Assembly (NCBI GenBank): GCA_015523325.1
Contig: WAKO01000015.1
Span: forward strand, 9,812 to 73,811
From: Candidatus Micrarchaeota archaeon
GTDB taxonomy: Archaea > Micrarchaeota > Micrarchaeia > Anstonellales > J096
DNA length: 64,000 bases
Reading direction: 5' to 3'
Shown here piece after piece: positions 48,146-57,846 of this stretch. Every line of letters starts with the position of its first letter. Position 1 is the first letter of the stretch. The translations under genes and the position numbers were made by a program. The notes under the pieces were generated by a model, which made no database searches, was not told the origin of the DNA, and saw only the letters and a program-made list of their open reading frames with translations.

Positions 48146-49327
48146 CTAAATTAATCTTTCCACCCCATATAGGAAGAACTCTCCTCCTAGAATTATTGAT
48201 AAAGATCTTATAAAGGAAATCACTACTAAAGCAACCACAAAATAAAACATAAAGATGCCTACTGTAAAACCAATAAGAGCTTGTGAAAAAAGAGGGAAAA
48301 ACCTGCTTGAAAAAGCGCTATCAACCAAAAAGATTTGGTTTCCTGTAATATAAGACATTAACCCCCCATATGAAACTGCTTTTACCCCATTAATTAAAGA
48401 TGTTAGAGCTATTGAAGCAACATCAGAAATTATTGGAATCCCAATTAAAGCTGTTATGTTTAAAGTGTAAGCTGTTAAGGTTAAAGCCCTTGAGAAATAA
48501 GCAAAAGTTCTAAAAAATCCATTTATGAAATTTCCGTAGGAGAGGAGGGAATTTAAAGCTCCTGCCTCAGCCTTAGCATTATCAATTAGAGCAGTTATTC
48601 CAAGCAAAGAGTTGTCATCAAGTAATGAGTTCGTTATGTCTGAAGCCAAAACAACTGTCATAGGTAAAACTAAACCCGCCCCTATTCCAATAGCAACCAT
48701 TGTAGAGCCAAGCTTTCTGGTTAAAGAAAATGTCCTAAAAAATATTCCCAAAGGAATAAAGAACTTTATTGAAAAAAACTCAAAAATTAGCATTAACTGC
48801 TTAAGGCCAGACAAATAAGTTAAGTGGTCAAAAATGCTTGAATAAAATATTAATAATTTATCCAAAAGGATAGAGAAAGAAGAGGTCTGAAAGCTCCCTC
48901 CTACCTTAAACCCAATAGCTCTAAAAACAAAGCTTACAGAGTTTGAAACTGAGATGCTAGAAACAGTAGCTGCAGGAGGAATGTATTGGGAAACCAAATC
49001 ATACATTCTAAATAAAAAAGGGTTTATTATATTATCATCTATTTTAGAGATTGCTAGATCCACAAAAGAACTCTTAGGCTTTTGTAAAAAGTTTGAAGCT
49101 AAGCTATCAAAATAGTCCCAACCAACTGCAATAACTAGTAGTAAAACCAAGTTTAGGATTATGGTCTTAACTTCCTCTCTATAAGTTATTATCCCCCTTT
49201 CATTTCTTGAGACTAAATTAAAGTAATAGAGAGCTGTTGCAAAGGAGAGAGAGGCTACTGAAGCAACTAAGATTAAATCTGAATATTGGAGCATATCAAA
49301 AGGAGAGAGATTTGTCAAATGAGACAT
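48146..49327 (-). CDS. CedA/VirB6-like multi-pass membrane protein, paralog 1
   Basis: LGIFFRTFSLTRKLGSTMVAIGIGAGLVLP. Confidence 0.6.
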   Translation of the reverse strand: MSHLTNLSPFDMLQYSDLILVASVASLSFATALYYFNLVSRNERGIITYREEVKTIILNLVLLLVIAVGWDYFDSLASNFLQKPKSSFVDLAISKIDDNIINPFLFRMYDLVSQYIPPAATVSSISVSNSVSFVFRAIGFKVGGSFQTSSFSILLDKLLIFYSSIFDHLTYLSGLKQLMLIFEFFSIKFFIPLGIFFRTFSLTRKLGSTMVAIGIGAGLVLPMTVVLASDITNSLLDDNSLLGITALIDNAKAEAGALNSLLSYGNFINGFFRTFAYFSRALTLTAYTLNITALIGIPIISDVASIALTSLINGVKAVSYGGLMSYITGNQIFLVDSAFSSRFFPLFSQALIGFTVGIFMFYFVVALVVISFIRSLSIILGGEFFLYGVERLI

Positions 49328-49402
49328 TAATTTAATTTCTAAGTTATTGTTTAAAAGCTCTATGTTTTAGCTTTGTTTTTTCTCTTCTCAAAAAAGAAAA
49401 CA

Positions 49403-50716
49403 TTAGAGATACATTATGGAGTTAGTTTCCTTATTTCCAGCTGGATAACCAAACACAAATAAAGCCTTCTTCAGCCCAACAGCTTTTTTTATTTCCTCTG
49501 CCCTCTCAAGCACTGGTTCATATTCCCTAACAACAGCCTCACAACCAAAGGTTAGGGAGAGGTGTTTTGCTGTCTTTTTGTTAGGAGTAACAACCATTAT
49601 AGGATTTTTTGGCCTGTATTTTGCTAGCTTTAGAGGGGTCGTTCCATGCATTGTTGGAGCTATTATGTTTACTCCTAAATCATTTGAGATGTTGGAGGCA
49701 TGTAAAGCAAACACATCCTTATAATCAAAAGTTTTTGGAGAAAAGCTTTCAAAGTGTTGCTCGTTCTCCTCTATAATCCTTGCCATAACTTTAACACTCT
49801 CTATTGGAAACTTTCCAACTGAGGTTTCTTCACTAAGCATTAAAGCATCAGCTCCATGGAATACTGCATTAGCAACATCACTAACCTCAGCCCTTGTTGG
49901 AAAAGGAGAATCAACCATGCTCTTTAACATGTGAGTTGCAACAATACTTATTTTTCCATAAGAATTAGTAAGCCTTATTATGTTTCTTTGAATGTTAGGG
50001 ACTTTTTCAAAAGGAATCTCCACTCCCAAATCTCCTCTAGCCACCATAACTCCAAAGCTATTTTCAACAATTTCCTTAAGCTTATCCACACTCAATTGAT
50101 TTTCAACCTTTGAAATTACTTTGAGAGGATAACCATCAATTATTCTCTTTACTTCTTCAATATCTTCTCTAGAGCTAACAAAAGAAACAGCTATAAAATC
50201 AAAATCATACTTTTTCATAACCTCAATATCCTCAATATCCTTTTTGCTCATGAATGAGATTTCCAACTCCCTTCCAGGAACATTTACTTTTCTCCTAGGA
50301 GTTATAACTCCATCCTCTAAGGCTTCAATAACTATTCCTTTAGTGTTTTCAACTACAACAAACTCCAATTTTCCATCATTTATTAATACTTTATCTCCCA
50401 ATTGAAGAGAATTTAGAGCTTCAGGATTTGTTACTCCTATATCCTCAATTAAGTTAAGCCTCTCTCCTTTCTTAAACACAACATCCTCCTTATTTGTTGT
50501 CCTTATTTCAGGCCCTCTAGTATCTCCAAGAAGGGATATCGTTTTCTTTAATTCCTCCTCCACCTCATCAATCATCTTCCTTACTTTTCTTGCTATTCTC
50601 TCATCAGCATGAGAGAAATTTATCCTTATTCCATTAGCATATTCACAAATTCCTAAGAATTTTTCAAAGTCCTCAATACTAGGCCCAAACGTTGCCAAAA
50701 TCTTAGTTTTTCTCAT
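49403..50716 (-). CDS. pyk: Pyruvate kinase
   Basis: RKTKILATFGPS, RINFSH, DTRGPEIRT, MVARGDLGVE, PTRAEVSDVANAV, MLSEET. Confidence 0.97.
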   Translation of the reverse strand: MRKTKILATFGPSIEDFEKFLGICEYANGIRINFSHADERIARKVRKMIDEVEEELKKTISLLGDTRGPEIRTTNKEDVVFKKGERLNLIEDIGVTNPEALNSLQLGDKVLINDGKLEFVVVENTKGIVIEALEDGVITPRRKVNVPGRELEISFMSKKDIEDIEVMKKYDFDFIAVSFVSSREDIEEVKRIIDGYPLKVISKVENQLSVDKLKEIVENSFGVMVARGDLGVEIPFEKVPNIQRNIIRLTNSYGKISIVATHMLKSMVDSPFPTRAEVSDVANAVFHGADALMLSEETSVGKFPIESVKVMARIIEENEQHFESFSPKTFDYKDVFALHASNISNDLGVNIIAPTMHGTTPLKLAKYRPKNPIMVVTPNKKTAKHLSLTFGCEAVVREYEPVLERAEEIKKAVGLKKALFVFGYPAGNKETNSIMYL

Positions 50717-50802
50717 AGCTTAAGAAAGCTAGATAAAAGGTATTAAAATGCTTTCGCTTTTTTTGGATAAATGTCTAAAAAGGAGGAGTGGAGAAAGGGA
50801 AT

Positions 50803-51192
50803 TCAGTCTATTCTAAACTCAAACCATCTAACTTTCTTGTTTTTAATTGCTTGTTTAAGAGAACTTTGATTTGGATTTAGCTTGGAGGAAGAGGTTTTTA
50901 CCTCTATAAATACAACTTCTCTAACCTTGTTTTCATCCAATCCCACAAAAGCAATAAAATCAACAGGTTTCCCAAGAAATTTTAGCTCCCCTGGTTTAAA
51001 AGGAAAGTCTTTGAAAAAAGGAGAGAGTTGCTCATAAATACTTCCCTTTAAAACCGCCCTACTTAACTTCAAAGACTCCTTTAGCTTTTTGTTAAACCTT
51101 CTCAAAAGAAAAAAATAAGTGAGGAAAGCTGAAAATAAGGAAAAAAATAAAATTAAGAGAAAAACCTCAAATAGAGAAAATACTATTGCCAT
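50803..51192 (-). CDS. Membrane-anchored Holliday-junction-resolvase-like PD-(D/E)xK protein (Endonuc_Holl type)
   Basis: SRAVLKG..EQL.P, FLGKPVDFIAF.G, FIEVKT; N-terminal TM. Confidence 0.85.
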   Translation of the reverse strand: MAIVFSLFEVFLLILFFSLFSAFLTYFFLLRRFNKKLKESLKLSRAVLKGSIYEQLSPFFKDFPFKPGELKFLGKPVDFIAFVGLDENKVREVVFIEVKTSSSKLNPNQSSLKQAIKNKKVRWFEFRID

Positions 51193-51206
51193 AATTTTCC
51201 TCCAAC

Positions 51207-52847
51207 CTAAGAGCTGAGGATGAATATTTTTTCTTTCTTATTATCTAACCTAGCAAACCCTATTCTTTCCAAGTGAACTATCTCTCCCTCTCTTATTTCC
51301 TTAATTGATTCCTCAACAAACCCTTTCTCTTGCTTTAAAGGATTTAGCTCTCCTTTTTCATTCAAAAGCTCTTCCACAATAAATAGAGTTGCCTCATTTA
51401 GAGAGGAAACCCATGGGATTGTTTTTAGAGAGCTAGAGCTTTCCCTACACCTCTTTCCAGAGCTTAAATCAAAGCAACCAATTCCTTTTAGATTTACTTT
51501 TCCTAGATTCAAATCTTCTTTTTCAATAAAAACAAAGCCCTTAACTCTCAAAGTTTTATTCCCTAAATGGGAGGAAGGGTGGAATGGAAGGGTTACTTCC
51601 CCATTAAAATCAATCTCAACTTTGACAGGGTTTCTTATGAACATTATCCTCTTAGCTATTGGATCTAGAACCTTTCTATTCTCTTTTAATAGAAAGGAGA
51701 GGTCCACAACCTTTTCTTGCTTTCCAATTCCAAACCTTAAAGCAAAGTTCTTAATTGCTAGCTTATGAATTCCTCTCCTCCTAAGCCCTCTTATAGTTAA
51801 AAGCCTAGGGTCATCCCAACCACTAACTTTGGAGGACTCAACCAAAGGTTTTAGCAATCTCTTACTAACAACAGCTCCTTTAACTTTAAGCCTAGAAAAA
51901 TGAATTAGCTTTGGCTTCTTCATCCCCAACTTCTCCAATATATCATAATAAAGCTTTTCTCTAAGCTCATACTCTTTGCTCCTCATCGCTAAAGTGACAT
52001 GGAGGCTGTCTAAAATTGGAGTTACAAAATCATAGCTAGGCCAAACCAAATACTTTGTTGATTGTCTGTAGTGGGGGGTTGTTATAACCCTAAACATTGT
52101 TGGATCTCTTAAAGCTGTGTTTTCACTGCTTAACTCTCCCTTCCAAAGCACAACAGCCTCTCCTTCCTCAAAATAACCTTCCAACATTTTATCAAATAAC
52201 TCAAGGTTTTTTTCAGGAGGGGAGCTTCTTTCAGGGAGAGGAATGCTTTTAGCTCTACTCTCCCTTATTTTTTCCAAAGGAGAGGTTGAAACATACATAA
52301 ACCCTTTTTCAATCAAATACCTTGCCCTTTCATAAAAGAACTCCATAAAATCTGAAGTGAAATACTCCTTATCCCACCTAATTTCCAACCACTCTAAATC
52401 CTCTCTTATTGCTTTTACAAATTCCTCTTTCTCATTTTTAGGGTTTGTGTCATCAAACCTAAGCAAAAACTTCCCATTATTTTGCTTTGCAATCTCATAG
52501 CTTAAAAAAGCTGCTTTAGCATGGCCAATATGCAAATACCCAGAAGGTTCAGGAGCAAACCTTGTTATTGCATTCTCAAACTCAAGTATTTTTTCCTTTT
52601 CCTTTCTTTTTCTAAACTCATAGGAGGAGAGAAGCTCCCCTATTTTTTCTTTTCCTTGCTCTTTTGCAATGGTATTAACTTCTTCAACAACTCCCCTAAC
52701 AATTTCAACAACTTCCTTTGGAGAGAAGGGGAGGGATTTCTCCTTTAACTCCCCAATAACTTTTGGAACAACAAACTTTGGATTTGCTTCTCCATAATCA
52801 TAGCAGTTCTTTAGAGCATACTTCTTAGCTATTTCCTCAATCTTCAT
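51207..52847 (-). CDS. gltX: Glutamate--tRNA ligase (archaeal type)
   Basis: TRFAPEPSGYLHIGHAK, LRFDDTNP, RDPTMFR, WPSYDF, GWDDPRL, ERIGFARLD. Confidence 0.96.
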   Translation of the reverse strand: MKIEEIAKKYALKNCYDYGEANPKFVVPKVIGELKEKSLPFSPKEVVEIVRGVVEEVNTIAKEQGKEKIGELLSSYEFRKRKEKEKILEFENAITRFAPEPSGYLHIGHAKAAFLSYEIAKQNNGKFLLRFDDTNPKNEKEEFVKAIREDLEWLEIRWDKEYFTSDFMEFFYERARYLIEKGFMYVSTSPLEKIRESRAKSIPLPERSSPPEKNLELFDKMLEGYFEEGEAVVLWKGELSSENTALRDPTMFRVITTPHYRQSTKYLVWPSYDFVTPILDSLHVTLAMRSKEYELREKLYYDILEKLGMKKPKLIHFSRLKVKGAVVSKRLLKPLVESSKVSGWDDPRLLTIRGLRRRGIHKLAIKNFALRFGIGKQEKVVDLSFLLKENRKVLDPIAKRIMFIRNPVKVEIDFNGEVTLPFHPSSHLGNKTLRVKGFVFIEKEDLNLGKVNLKGIGCFDLSSGKRCRESSSSLKTIPWVSSLNEATLFIVEELLNEKGELNPLKQEKGFVEESIKEIREGEIVHLERIGFARLDNKKEKIFILSS

Positions 52848-53305
52848 TCCAATACCTCCTCTAAGAGCTTTGAATATCTCTTAGCTAAATTAAAGGGAAC
52901 TCCTAAAAATATTAATGAATAAACTTTCTCTCTATAACTCCTAACCTCATCAACAGACCTTGATAAGCTTGCTGGAAAGAAAGGAAGTCCATATTTAAGC
53001 AGCAAAGAAATGTAAATTCTTAACCTTTCAATAGCTTTGCTTTTCTCTATTCCTCTTTTATAATAAATAAAATCCAAACCAATTAAAATTAGAGCTCTCC
53101 TCCTTTCAGCGACTTTTTTTAGAATTCCTCTATCTAAGGAGTAAGAGGGATCATAAAGAAAAGCTCTCCTAGAGGAAAACCTCAAAAAATCTTTCGTTTT
53201 TGTTTCAATAACCTTTTTCTTCTTCTTTAACTCCTCTAGAGATAAAAAGTACGGGCTAGAGCTCTCAAACCTCACAATATCCTTTATCATATAGCTAATA
53301 AGCAA
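52844..53305 (-). CDS. Probable degenerate RNase P protein Rpp30
   Basis: C-terminal LLLKYGLPFFPASLSRSVDEVRSYRE resembles the Rpp30 end; adjacent to rpl15e as in other archaea. Confidence 0.45.
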   Translation of the reverse strand: MLISYMIKDIVRFESSSPYFLSLEELKKKKKVIETKTKDFLRFSSRRAFLYDPSYSLDRGILKKVAERRRALILIGLDFIYYKRGIEKSKAIERLRIYISLLLKYGLPFFPASLSRSVDEVRSYREKVYSLIFLGVPFNLAKRYSKLLEEVLE

Positions 53306-53362
53306 ATAAAAAGTTAAAAAAGAAAGCTTGAATAAGATTTAAGCTTTTATTCTTTAGGAGGC

Positions 53363-53935
53363 TTACTTCTTTTTATGCATTAACTTCTTTTCCTTCTTTT
53401 TGCTTCCTTTTCTTTGCTTTCTTCTTCCTTTTGCAAGCAATCCTCTAGCTTTTCTTCCTGCAGAGGTTAAGCCCCTAAAAGCCCTTCCTACTCTTGAAAC
53501 AATCTTCTTTAAGTACTCTCCCAAATCAGGGCTCTTTCTATCTGCTAGAATAACTTCAAAGTATTTGTATTGGCCATCCTCTCCAACCCAATAGCTATTT
53601 ATTACTTCAGCATTTCTATGCTTTCTTGCTGCTCTTTGCTCAGCAATTGCTTGAAGAGAGAGTTTTTGTTGAGTGTAGAGATAAGCGTGCCTTGCTTTTC
53701 TTCCCCCTCTTGGTTTTTTCCTTTTTCTCAAACCCTTTCCAATCCTAACCCTAACTATGAAAACTCCTTTTTTTGGTTTCCATCCTAAAGAGCGTGCTCT
53801 TGCTAAATTTGTAGGTCTTTCAACTCTCACAATACTTCCTTCTTTTCTCCATTTTATTAGTCTTGCCCTATACTCAGGGCTTCTCTCTTTATATTCTTGT
53901 TGAAGAGTCTCTCTAATATATTTATAAGCTCCCAT
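53363..53935 (-). CDS. rpl15e: 50S ribosomal protein L15e
   Basis: MGAYKYI, RPTNLARARSLG, NSYWVGEDGQYKYFEVIL, RAFRGLTSAGRK. Confidence 0.98.
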   Translation of the reverse strand: MGAYKYIRETLQQEYKERSPEYRARLIKWRKEGSIVRVERPTNLARARSLGWKPKKGVFIVRVRIGKGLRKRKKPRGGRKARHAYLYTQQKLSLQAIAEQRAARKHRNAEVINSYWVGEDGQYKYFEVILADRKSPDLGEYLKKIVSRVGRAFRGLTSAGRKARGLLAKGRRKQRKGSKKKEKKLMHKKK

Positions 53936-53953
53936 AAAATCCCTCCTTAGCTT

Positions 53954-54286
53954 TTAGCTTTCTCCTTCTTTTTCCTCCATAATGCTTAAAATAGCATCTG
54001 CTACTCTTCCTTCAGCCTTCTTTAAGGCTTCTACAGCCTTTTCTCTACTCACATTGGTTTCTTTCATTATTAAGGAGATGTCCTCCTCATTAAGGCTTTC
54101 TTCAAACCTCTCCTCCCCAACAATTTGGTAGGAGGTTTTTCCCTTAACCTTTAATGCCACAACAACTGGCTTTTCAATAACTATTTTCCCTTCCTCAAGC
54201 TCAATAACCACTTTTTTTGCATTGAGCTCTTCTTGCTTTATGTTCATCTTTTTCATTAGCTCTTGCATTTGCTTAGGATTTAGCAT
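53954..54286 (-). CDS. nac: Nascent polypeptide-associated complex protein
   Basis: NPKQMQELMKKM, YQIVG, UBA-like EDISLIM...A..AL..AEG..ADAIL. Confidence 0.93.
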   Translation of the reverse strand: MLNPKQMQELMKKMNIKQEELNAKKVVIELEEGKIVIEKPVVVALKVKGKTSYQIVGEERFEESLNEEDISLIMKETNVSREKAVEALKKAEGRVADAILSIMEEKEGES

Positions 54287-54875
54287 TATTAAAAACCTCC
54301 TTTAACTCACTTTTCTTAACTTCTATGCTCTCAACAGGGTTTATTATGTTTGTTGCCTTAAAGATTTCATTTGCAACTCTCCTATCAAATATAGCTTTCA
54401 ACAAATCATAATAATTTCTGGAAGAAGCTGATTTTATTACTTGTTCAACCAAAGCTTTTCTAAGGTTTTTCTTAACAACAGCACTAACCTTTGCTTTTGT
54501 TACTAGCAAAAGCTTAAGCCTAACTTGCCTTCCATCTTTTGTTGTTACATCCACAACCTCATGGATAACGCTTCTCCTCCTTCTTGCTAAGGACTTTAAG
54601 TATGCAAAGCTCATATAATGCCCTATCATCTCAGAGTAAGCTTTCTCTCCCTTAACATCCACAACTCTAAGCCTAACATTTGTGTAAAGAGCATACCTAT
54701 TCATTTTGCCTGTTAAATCCGAAAGAGGGATGTTTACAACTCTATTTATTAAATTAGATGGATTTGAAGAAATTATTTGAGCTAGCTCTTTTCTTTCAAA
54801 AGCTTCAGGAGCTAAAACTGAATACCATTTCTTTAACTTCCATTTATCCACCACTTTCCTTCTTTTCTTAACCAT
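54273..54875 (-). CDS. rps3ae: 30S ribosomal protein S3Ae/eS1
   Basis: DKWKLKKWYSVLAP, LSDLTG, TKDG, EVKKSE. Confidence 0.93.
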   Translation of the reverse strand: MVKKRRKVVDKWKLKKWYSVLAPEAFERKELAQIISSNPSNLINRVVNIPLSDLTGKMNRYALYTNVRLRVVDVKGEKAYSEMIGHYMSFAYLKSLARRRRSVIHEVVDVTTKDGRQVRLKLLLVTKAKVSAVVKKNLRKALVEQVIKSASSRNYYDLLKAIFDRRVANEIFKATNIINPVESIEVKKSELKEVFNNAKS

Positions 54876-54915
54876 TAAACCACTCTCCTAAAACCTCCTA
54901 AAACTTAACTAAAAT

Positions 54916-55371
54916 TTATCTTACTAAAAGCATAACTCTTTCAATACTGTAGTTCCAATCCTTTGGAACCTTTCCAACCCTCTTATAATACCTTAAAAGC
55001 CTATGTATTTTGCTCTCAATGTGGGAAAACTTAACCCTATTATGAATATCTTTTTTGTGTTGCTTTAAGTGCTCATACATCCTAACAGCTTTTGAAAAGA
55101 GGTTTAACAAATCCTCAGGAAATGTTTTATAGAGGTTCTCCTCCTCCAAGTACTGAACAAGCTTTTTTCCTGTTTGTGCTTTAAAGCTAGGAACCCCATA
55201 CTCATCTCTTAAAATAAGCCCTATTTGAGAAGGAGGAACACCTTTTTGATAGAGGTTTCTAACTATTTCCTTAATTTTTTCCTCCCCTAATTCAACAAAC
55301 TCTGCTTTTTCCTTCCTCTTTGCTCTTTTTCTCTTGCTTTTTCCTTTCTTCTTTGAATGCAATCTAGCCAT
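54916..55371 (-). CDS. rps15: 30S ribosomal protein S15/S13e
   Basis: MARLHSKKKGKS, PSQIGLILRDEYGVP, PEDLLNL, ESKIHRLLRYYK. Confidence 0.97.
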   Translation of the reverse strand: MARLHSKKKGKSKRKRAKRKEKAEFVELGEEKIKEIVRNLYQKGVPPSQIGLILRDEYGVPSFKAQTGKKLVQYLEEENLYKTFPEDLLNLFSKAVRMYEHLKQHKKDIHNRVKFSHIESKIHRLLRYYKRVGKVPKDWNYSIERVMLLVR

Positions 55372-55522
55372 GAATATCCCTCAATAGCAAAATATGAAAC
55401 TGACTTAAATAGAATACCCCTAGGTTTTTTAAAGCTTTATGATTAAGAGTAGAGCAAATTCAACCTTCTTAAAACCAATTCCCTTAAAAAGGAAAAAAGG
55501 AAAATGGAAAAGGAGGGGAAAA

Positions 55523-56188
55523 ATGAAAGTAGAAATAAAGGAAACTTCTTGTGGAAAGTTTATGGAGGTTTTTTTAAAAGAAGGGGAAGAATTTCACACA
55601 CAACCAGGCTCTATAATATCTTATGAAGGAAACCTTGAAATAGAAGCTAATATACAAGGAGGTCTTATAGGAGGGGTTTTAAGAAGCTTTGGAGGAGAGA
55701 GCATATTCATAACAACTCTAAAAGCACTAGGAGATTCATTAGTTAAAATTTCTCCCTCAATTCCCTCAGAAATAGTAGAGATAAACCTAAATGGAGGGCT
55801 TATTATAGGAGATGGCTCCTACCTAGCCCATTCTGGAGATATAGAGGTTAGTGGAAAGTTTGGAGGGATAACTGCTTTATCAGCAGGTAGTGGAGTTATA
55901 TTTTTACATGCACAAGGAGAGGGAAAGCTCTATTTAAACGCTCCAGAGAGCTTAATTGAGAGAGAGCTCTCAGAAGGAGAAGTCATTTATGTTGACAACT
56001 CCTCTTTTATAGCTTGTGAAGATGGAATGGAGATTGAAAAGGTGTTGATAGGAAAGGGGATAATTGGAAAGTTGTTTAGTGGAGAAGGGGTGTTCTTTAA
56101 AATTTCAGGGCCTGGAAAGCTATATTACTCAACAAAAAGTCCAAGAGGGCTTGCTTCAGCAATATCCCGTTATTTGCCAAAGCCATAA
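55523..56188 (+). CDS. AIM24/TIGR00266 family protein
   Basis: GGESIF, YLAH, YVDN, FSGEGVFF.ISGPG; ATG at 55523 after AGGAGG. Confidence 0.85.
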   Translation: MKVEIKETSCGKFMEVFLKEGEEFHTQPGSIISYEGNLEIEANIQGGLIGGVLRSFGGESIFITTLKALGDSLVKISPSIPSEIVEINLNGGLIIGDGSYLAHSGDIEVSGKFGGITALSAGSGVIFLHAQGEGKLYLNAPESLIERELSEGEVIYVDNSSFIACEDGMEIEKVLIGKGIIGKLFSGEGVFFKISGPGKLYYSTKSPRGLASAISRYLPKP

Positions 56189-56278
56189 AAGCCAAAAAAA
56201 GAGTTAGGACCATAAGAGGCCTTAAAAACCTTAAAAAATTTAAAACAATTTTTAAAACAATTTTGGAGAAAATTAATT

Positions 56279-56824
56279 ATGGTAGTATTAATTATAATAG
56301 GAATAATTCTAGTGCTAGTTGTATATGGAATTTGGGAATACAACAACTTAGTTAGGCTTAAAGAAGAAGCAAAAAATGCTTGGGCTCAAATAGATGTTCA
56401 ATTAAAGAGGAGAGCTGATTTAATTCCAAGCTTAGTTAATACTGTTAAAGGTTATGTAAAGCATGAGAAAAATCTTCTAACAAAGATTACTGAATTGAGG
56501 TCCAAAATAATTAGTGGGACTCCTCAAGAAAGAGTTAAGGCAAATAACATACTAAGCGATACTTTAAAGAGTTTGTTTGCTGTTGTTGAGAATTATCCTG
56601 ATTTAAAAGCAAACCAAAACTTCTTAGCATTACAGGAAGAACTTGTAAATACAGAGAATAAAGTAGCTTATGCAAGACAAGCTTACAATGATGCAATTTA
56701 TAGCTATAATGTTAAAGTAAAATACTTTCCCTCTAGGCTTATCGCATCTCTGGCAGGATTTAAAGAGATGGAGTATTTGGAAGTAGAGGAGAGTGCAAAA
56801 GCTCCTCCAAAGATTGAGTTCTAA
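56279..56824 (+). CDS. lemA: LemA family protein
   Basis: YNNLV, AWAQIDVQLKRRADLIP, ENYPDLKANQNF, RQAYND. Confidence 0.97.
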   Translation: MVVLIIIGIILVLVVYGIWEYNNLVRLKEEAKNAWAQIDVQLKRRADLIPSLVNTVKGYVKHEKNLLTKITELRSKIISGTPQERVKANNILSDTLKSLFAVVENYPDLKANQNFLALQEELVNTENKVAYARQAYNDAIYSYNVKVKYFPSRLIASLAGFKEMEYLEVEESAKAPPKIEF

Positions 56825-56913
56825 GCCTTAAAAGCACTAAAAGCACTTAAGTTTTATTAGTGTGACATTGGTGTGAGATAACCTAAAGGAAAGCAAAGAA
56901 CAAAGGGATCCTC

Positions 56914-57783
56914 ATGTCTTCCCTTTTTACAGAGAGGAGGAAGAACCTCATTAAATCAGATTTAATACTCTATGGAATGATAACACTTGCACTAATCTTT
57001 CCTTTTATAGTTCTAAACCTAACAGATAATATTCTATTAACCCTATTTTTAGCAGGAATGGCGGCTCTTTACCTTTTATCATTAAACAACAGTATAGACA
57101 TAACTTTCTCCTCAGTAGGGGCTGAAAAGATAACAAATAAAATGAAGAAAAATATTAAGATAAGGCAATTCCTAAATCTTTTGGAAGAGCTAAAAATAGC
57201 TGCAAATTATAAAGGAGAGATAACTCCTTATTTAATAAAACATGACAGTATAAATGCGATGGCAATCTCAAGAAAAAATAAGGCTGCTGTTGCAATAACT
57301 ACAGGAGCCTTAAAGAAATTGAATAGAGAAGAGCTTAGTGGGGTGGTTGCACACGAAATAGCACACATAATTAATGCTGACAGCGATGTTAAGTTAAGTG
57401 CATTCATTGCAGTTGGAGTTTTAGGAACTTATCTAGAATATATAAGCAGAATTGGAGGAAATTCTAGAAAAAAGGGGTCTAACATACTCCTACTAATAAT
57501 TGCTCTAATCTTTTATGCCCTCTCCATACTCATGTTCTTTGCAATAAGTAGGAGGAGAGAAACGTTGGCGGATGTGGATGCAGTTAGGTTAACAAGAAAT
57601 AAGTACGCTCTCATAAAAGCTTTAGAAAAGATAGCTGAAAATGAGAAGATGGAAGTTCCTGAAAGTGCAGCAAGCTTATTTTTTGCAAATCCTCTCTCCC
57701 CACAACTAAGCACTGCTTTTTTTGGTTTGTTCAGAACCCATCCTCCTCTAAAAGAAAGAATTGAGTATTTGAAAAGGCTTTAG
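56914..57783 (+). CDS. htpX: HtpX-like M48 zinc metalloprotease
   Basis: INAMA, ELSGVVAHEIAH, ISRRRETLAD, THPPLKERI; follows lemA. Confidence 0.9.
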   Translation: MSSLFTERRKNLIKSDLILYGMITLALIFPFIVLNLTDNILLTLFLAGMAALYLLSLNNSIDITFSSVGAEKITNKMKKNIKIRQFLNLLEELKIAANYKGEITPYLIKHDSINAMAISRKNKAAVAITTGALKKLNREELSGVVAHEIAHIINADSDVKLSAFIAVGVLGTYLEYISRIGGNSRKKGSNILLLIIALIFYALSILMFFAISRRRETLADVDAVRLTRNKYALIKALEKIAENEKMEVPESAASLFFANPLSPQLSTAFFGLFRTHPPLKERIEYLKRL

Positions 57784-57846
57784 ATAAAGAGACAAAAACT
57801 AGGAATTAAACAACATTTAAAACATATTAAGTGAATTAAAGGTGTT

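Noticed and set aside
31869..49327. Conjugative element or provirus interpretation of the large locus
   Set aside because: No relaxase, integrase, ATPase, capsid or terminase genes and no att repeats; flanked by pyk and other core genes
56189..56265. Short tandem repeats (tttaaaacaatt x2; also aaaagcact x2 near 56830)
   Set aside because: Two copies of AT-rich words with no spacers; not CRISPR, probably promoter or low-complexity sequence
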